Positions 37,835 to 38,291 of a DNA stretch of 38,291 bases are shown piece after piece (position 1 is the first letter of the stretch; each line of letters opens with the position of its first letter). The position numbers and the translations under genes are program-made. Below the pieces are notes generated by a model, which was given only the letters and a program-made list of their open reading frames with translations, was not told where the DNA came from and searched no databases. The stretch is from Bacillota bacterium. Lineage in GTDB: Bacteria; Bacillota; Clostridia; Lachnospirales; Lachnospiraceae. The stretch covers positions 1 through 38,291 of the forward strand of contig JAEZFH010000008.1 of NCBI GenBank assembly GCA_023437885.1. The letters are read 5' to 3'.

Positions 37835-38291
37835 TTAATACCACTGGTTTAAAAGAAAATCAGCCACATGCATCGTCTTTATCCCCTCGTAATTGCCACC
37901 AGCAAGTTCATCTACCCTCAGTACATATTTGGGATAGTTATCAGAAATAGAAAGCAGATTCCCATATTCTCTCTTCCTGGTTTCTTCTCTTTCTATTTTC
38001 TCCGACACCTGTATATAAATCTTCTCATCTTGCTTTGTAGCCACGAAATCAACTTCTGTATTATCCAGCTTACCTACATATACGTCATATCCTCGTACCC
38101 GAAGTTCAAGGTACACAACATTCTCCAGCATACCTGCGACCGTATCCGAATCATATCCCAAAACACTATAACGCAAGGCTGTATCCGTCAGGTAAAATTT
38201 TTCCTGGGTTTTTAATATTTCTTTCCCTTTGATATCATATCGGGAGCACCGATTTAGAATATATGCATTCTCCAACTTATTCAGATAGCTG
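37835..38291 (-). CDS. AAA+ ATP-binding protein (AAA_14/DUF4143 type), 3' part; enters from the right edge
   Basis: YLEKLENAYIL...EKFYLTDTALR, LENVVYLEL, EVDFVA, YIQV, REYGNL...DNYPK. The frame is open to the window edge. Confidence 0.85.
   Translation of the reverse strand, partial: SYLNKLENAYILNRCSRYDIKGKEILKTQEKFYLTDTALRYSVLGYDSDTVAGMLENVVYLELRVRGYDVYVGKLDNTEVDFVATKQDEKIYIQVSEKIEREETRKREYGNLLSISDNYPKYVLRVDELAGGNYEGIKTMHVADFLLNQWY

Noticed and set aside
33649..38291. recD2 + HDOD + AAA ATPase as an anti-phage defence system
   Set aside because: The genes are not co-oriented in an operon, and each is a common stand-alone family.

Overview
The window looks like chromosomal DNA from a low-GC Firmicute, probably Lachnospiraceae-like (inferred from GGAGG RBSs, sigma-A promoters and gene content). 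From left to right it holds five blocks. (1) Two divergent secreted Ig-like surface proteins with near-identical N-terminal Big_2 pairs, flanking a large HTH protein. (2) A ~14-kb AraC-linked carbohydrate locus: sugar ABC importer, two nucleoside-hydrolase-family enzymes, ribokinase, deacetylase, BNR/sialidase-fold enzyme and two paralogous uncharacterised GH-A-like hydrolases. Four of its promoters share AGCCACAT-N18-(TG)-10, and it is a candidate system for a ribose-containing glycan. (3) An internally deleted ECF sigma with its anti-sigma-like partner. (4) A ~9.5-kb segment bracketed by direct repeats of the recD2 3' end and its downstream hairpin. It carries an eroded AraC/DMT pair, a MapP-like phosphatase, a 145-nt group II intron remnant with both ends, an Msm-like ABC importer, a YesMN-like two-component system and an EFR1-ferredoxin fragment. 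(5) recD2, a 12-bp tandem array that may encode a His-rich peptide, an HDOD protein, tspO and a partial AAA ATPase. All family assignments come from motif recognition by eye; no searches were run.
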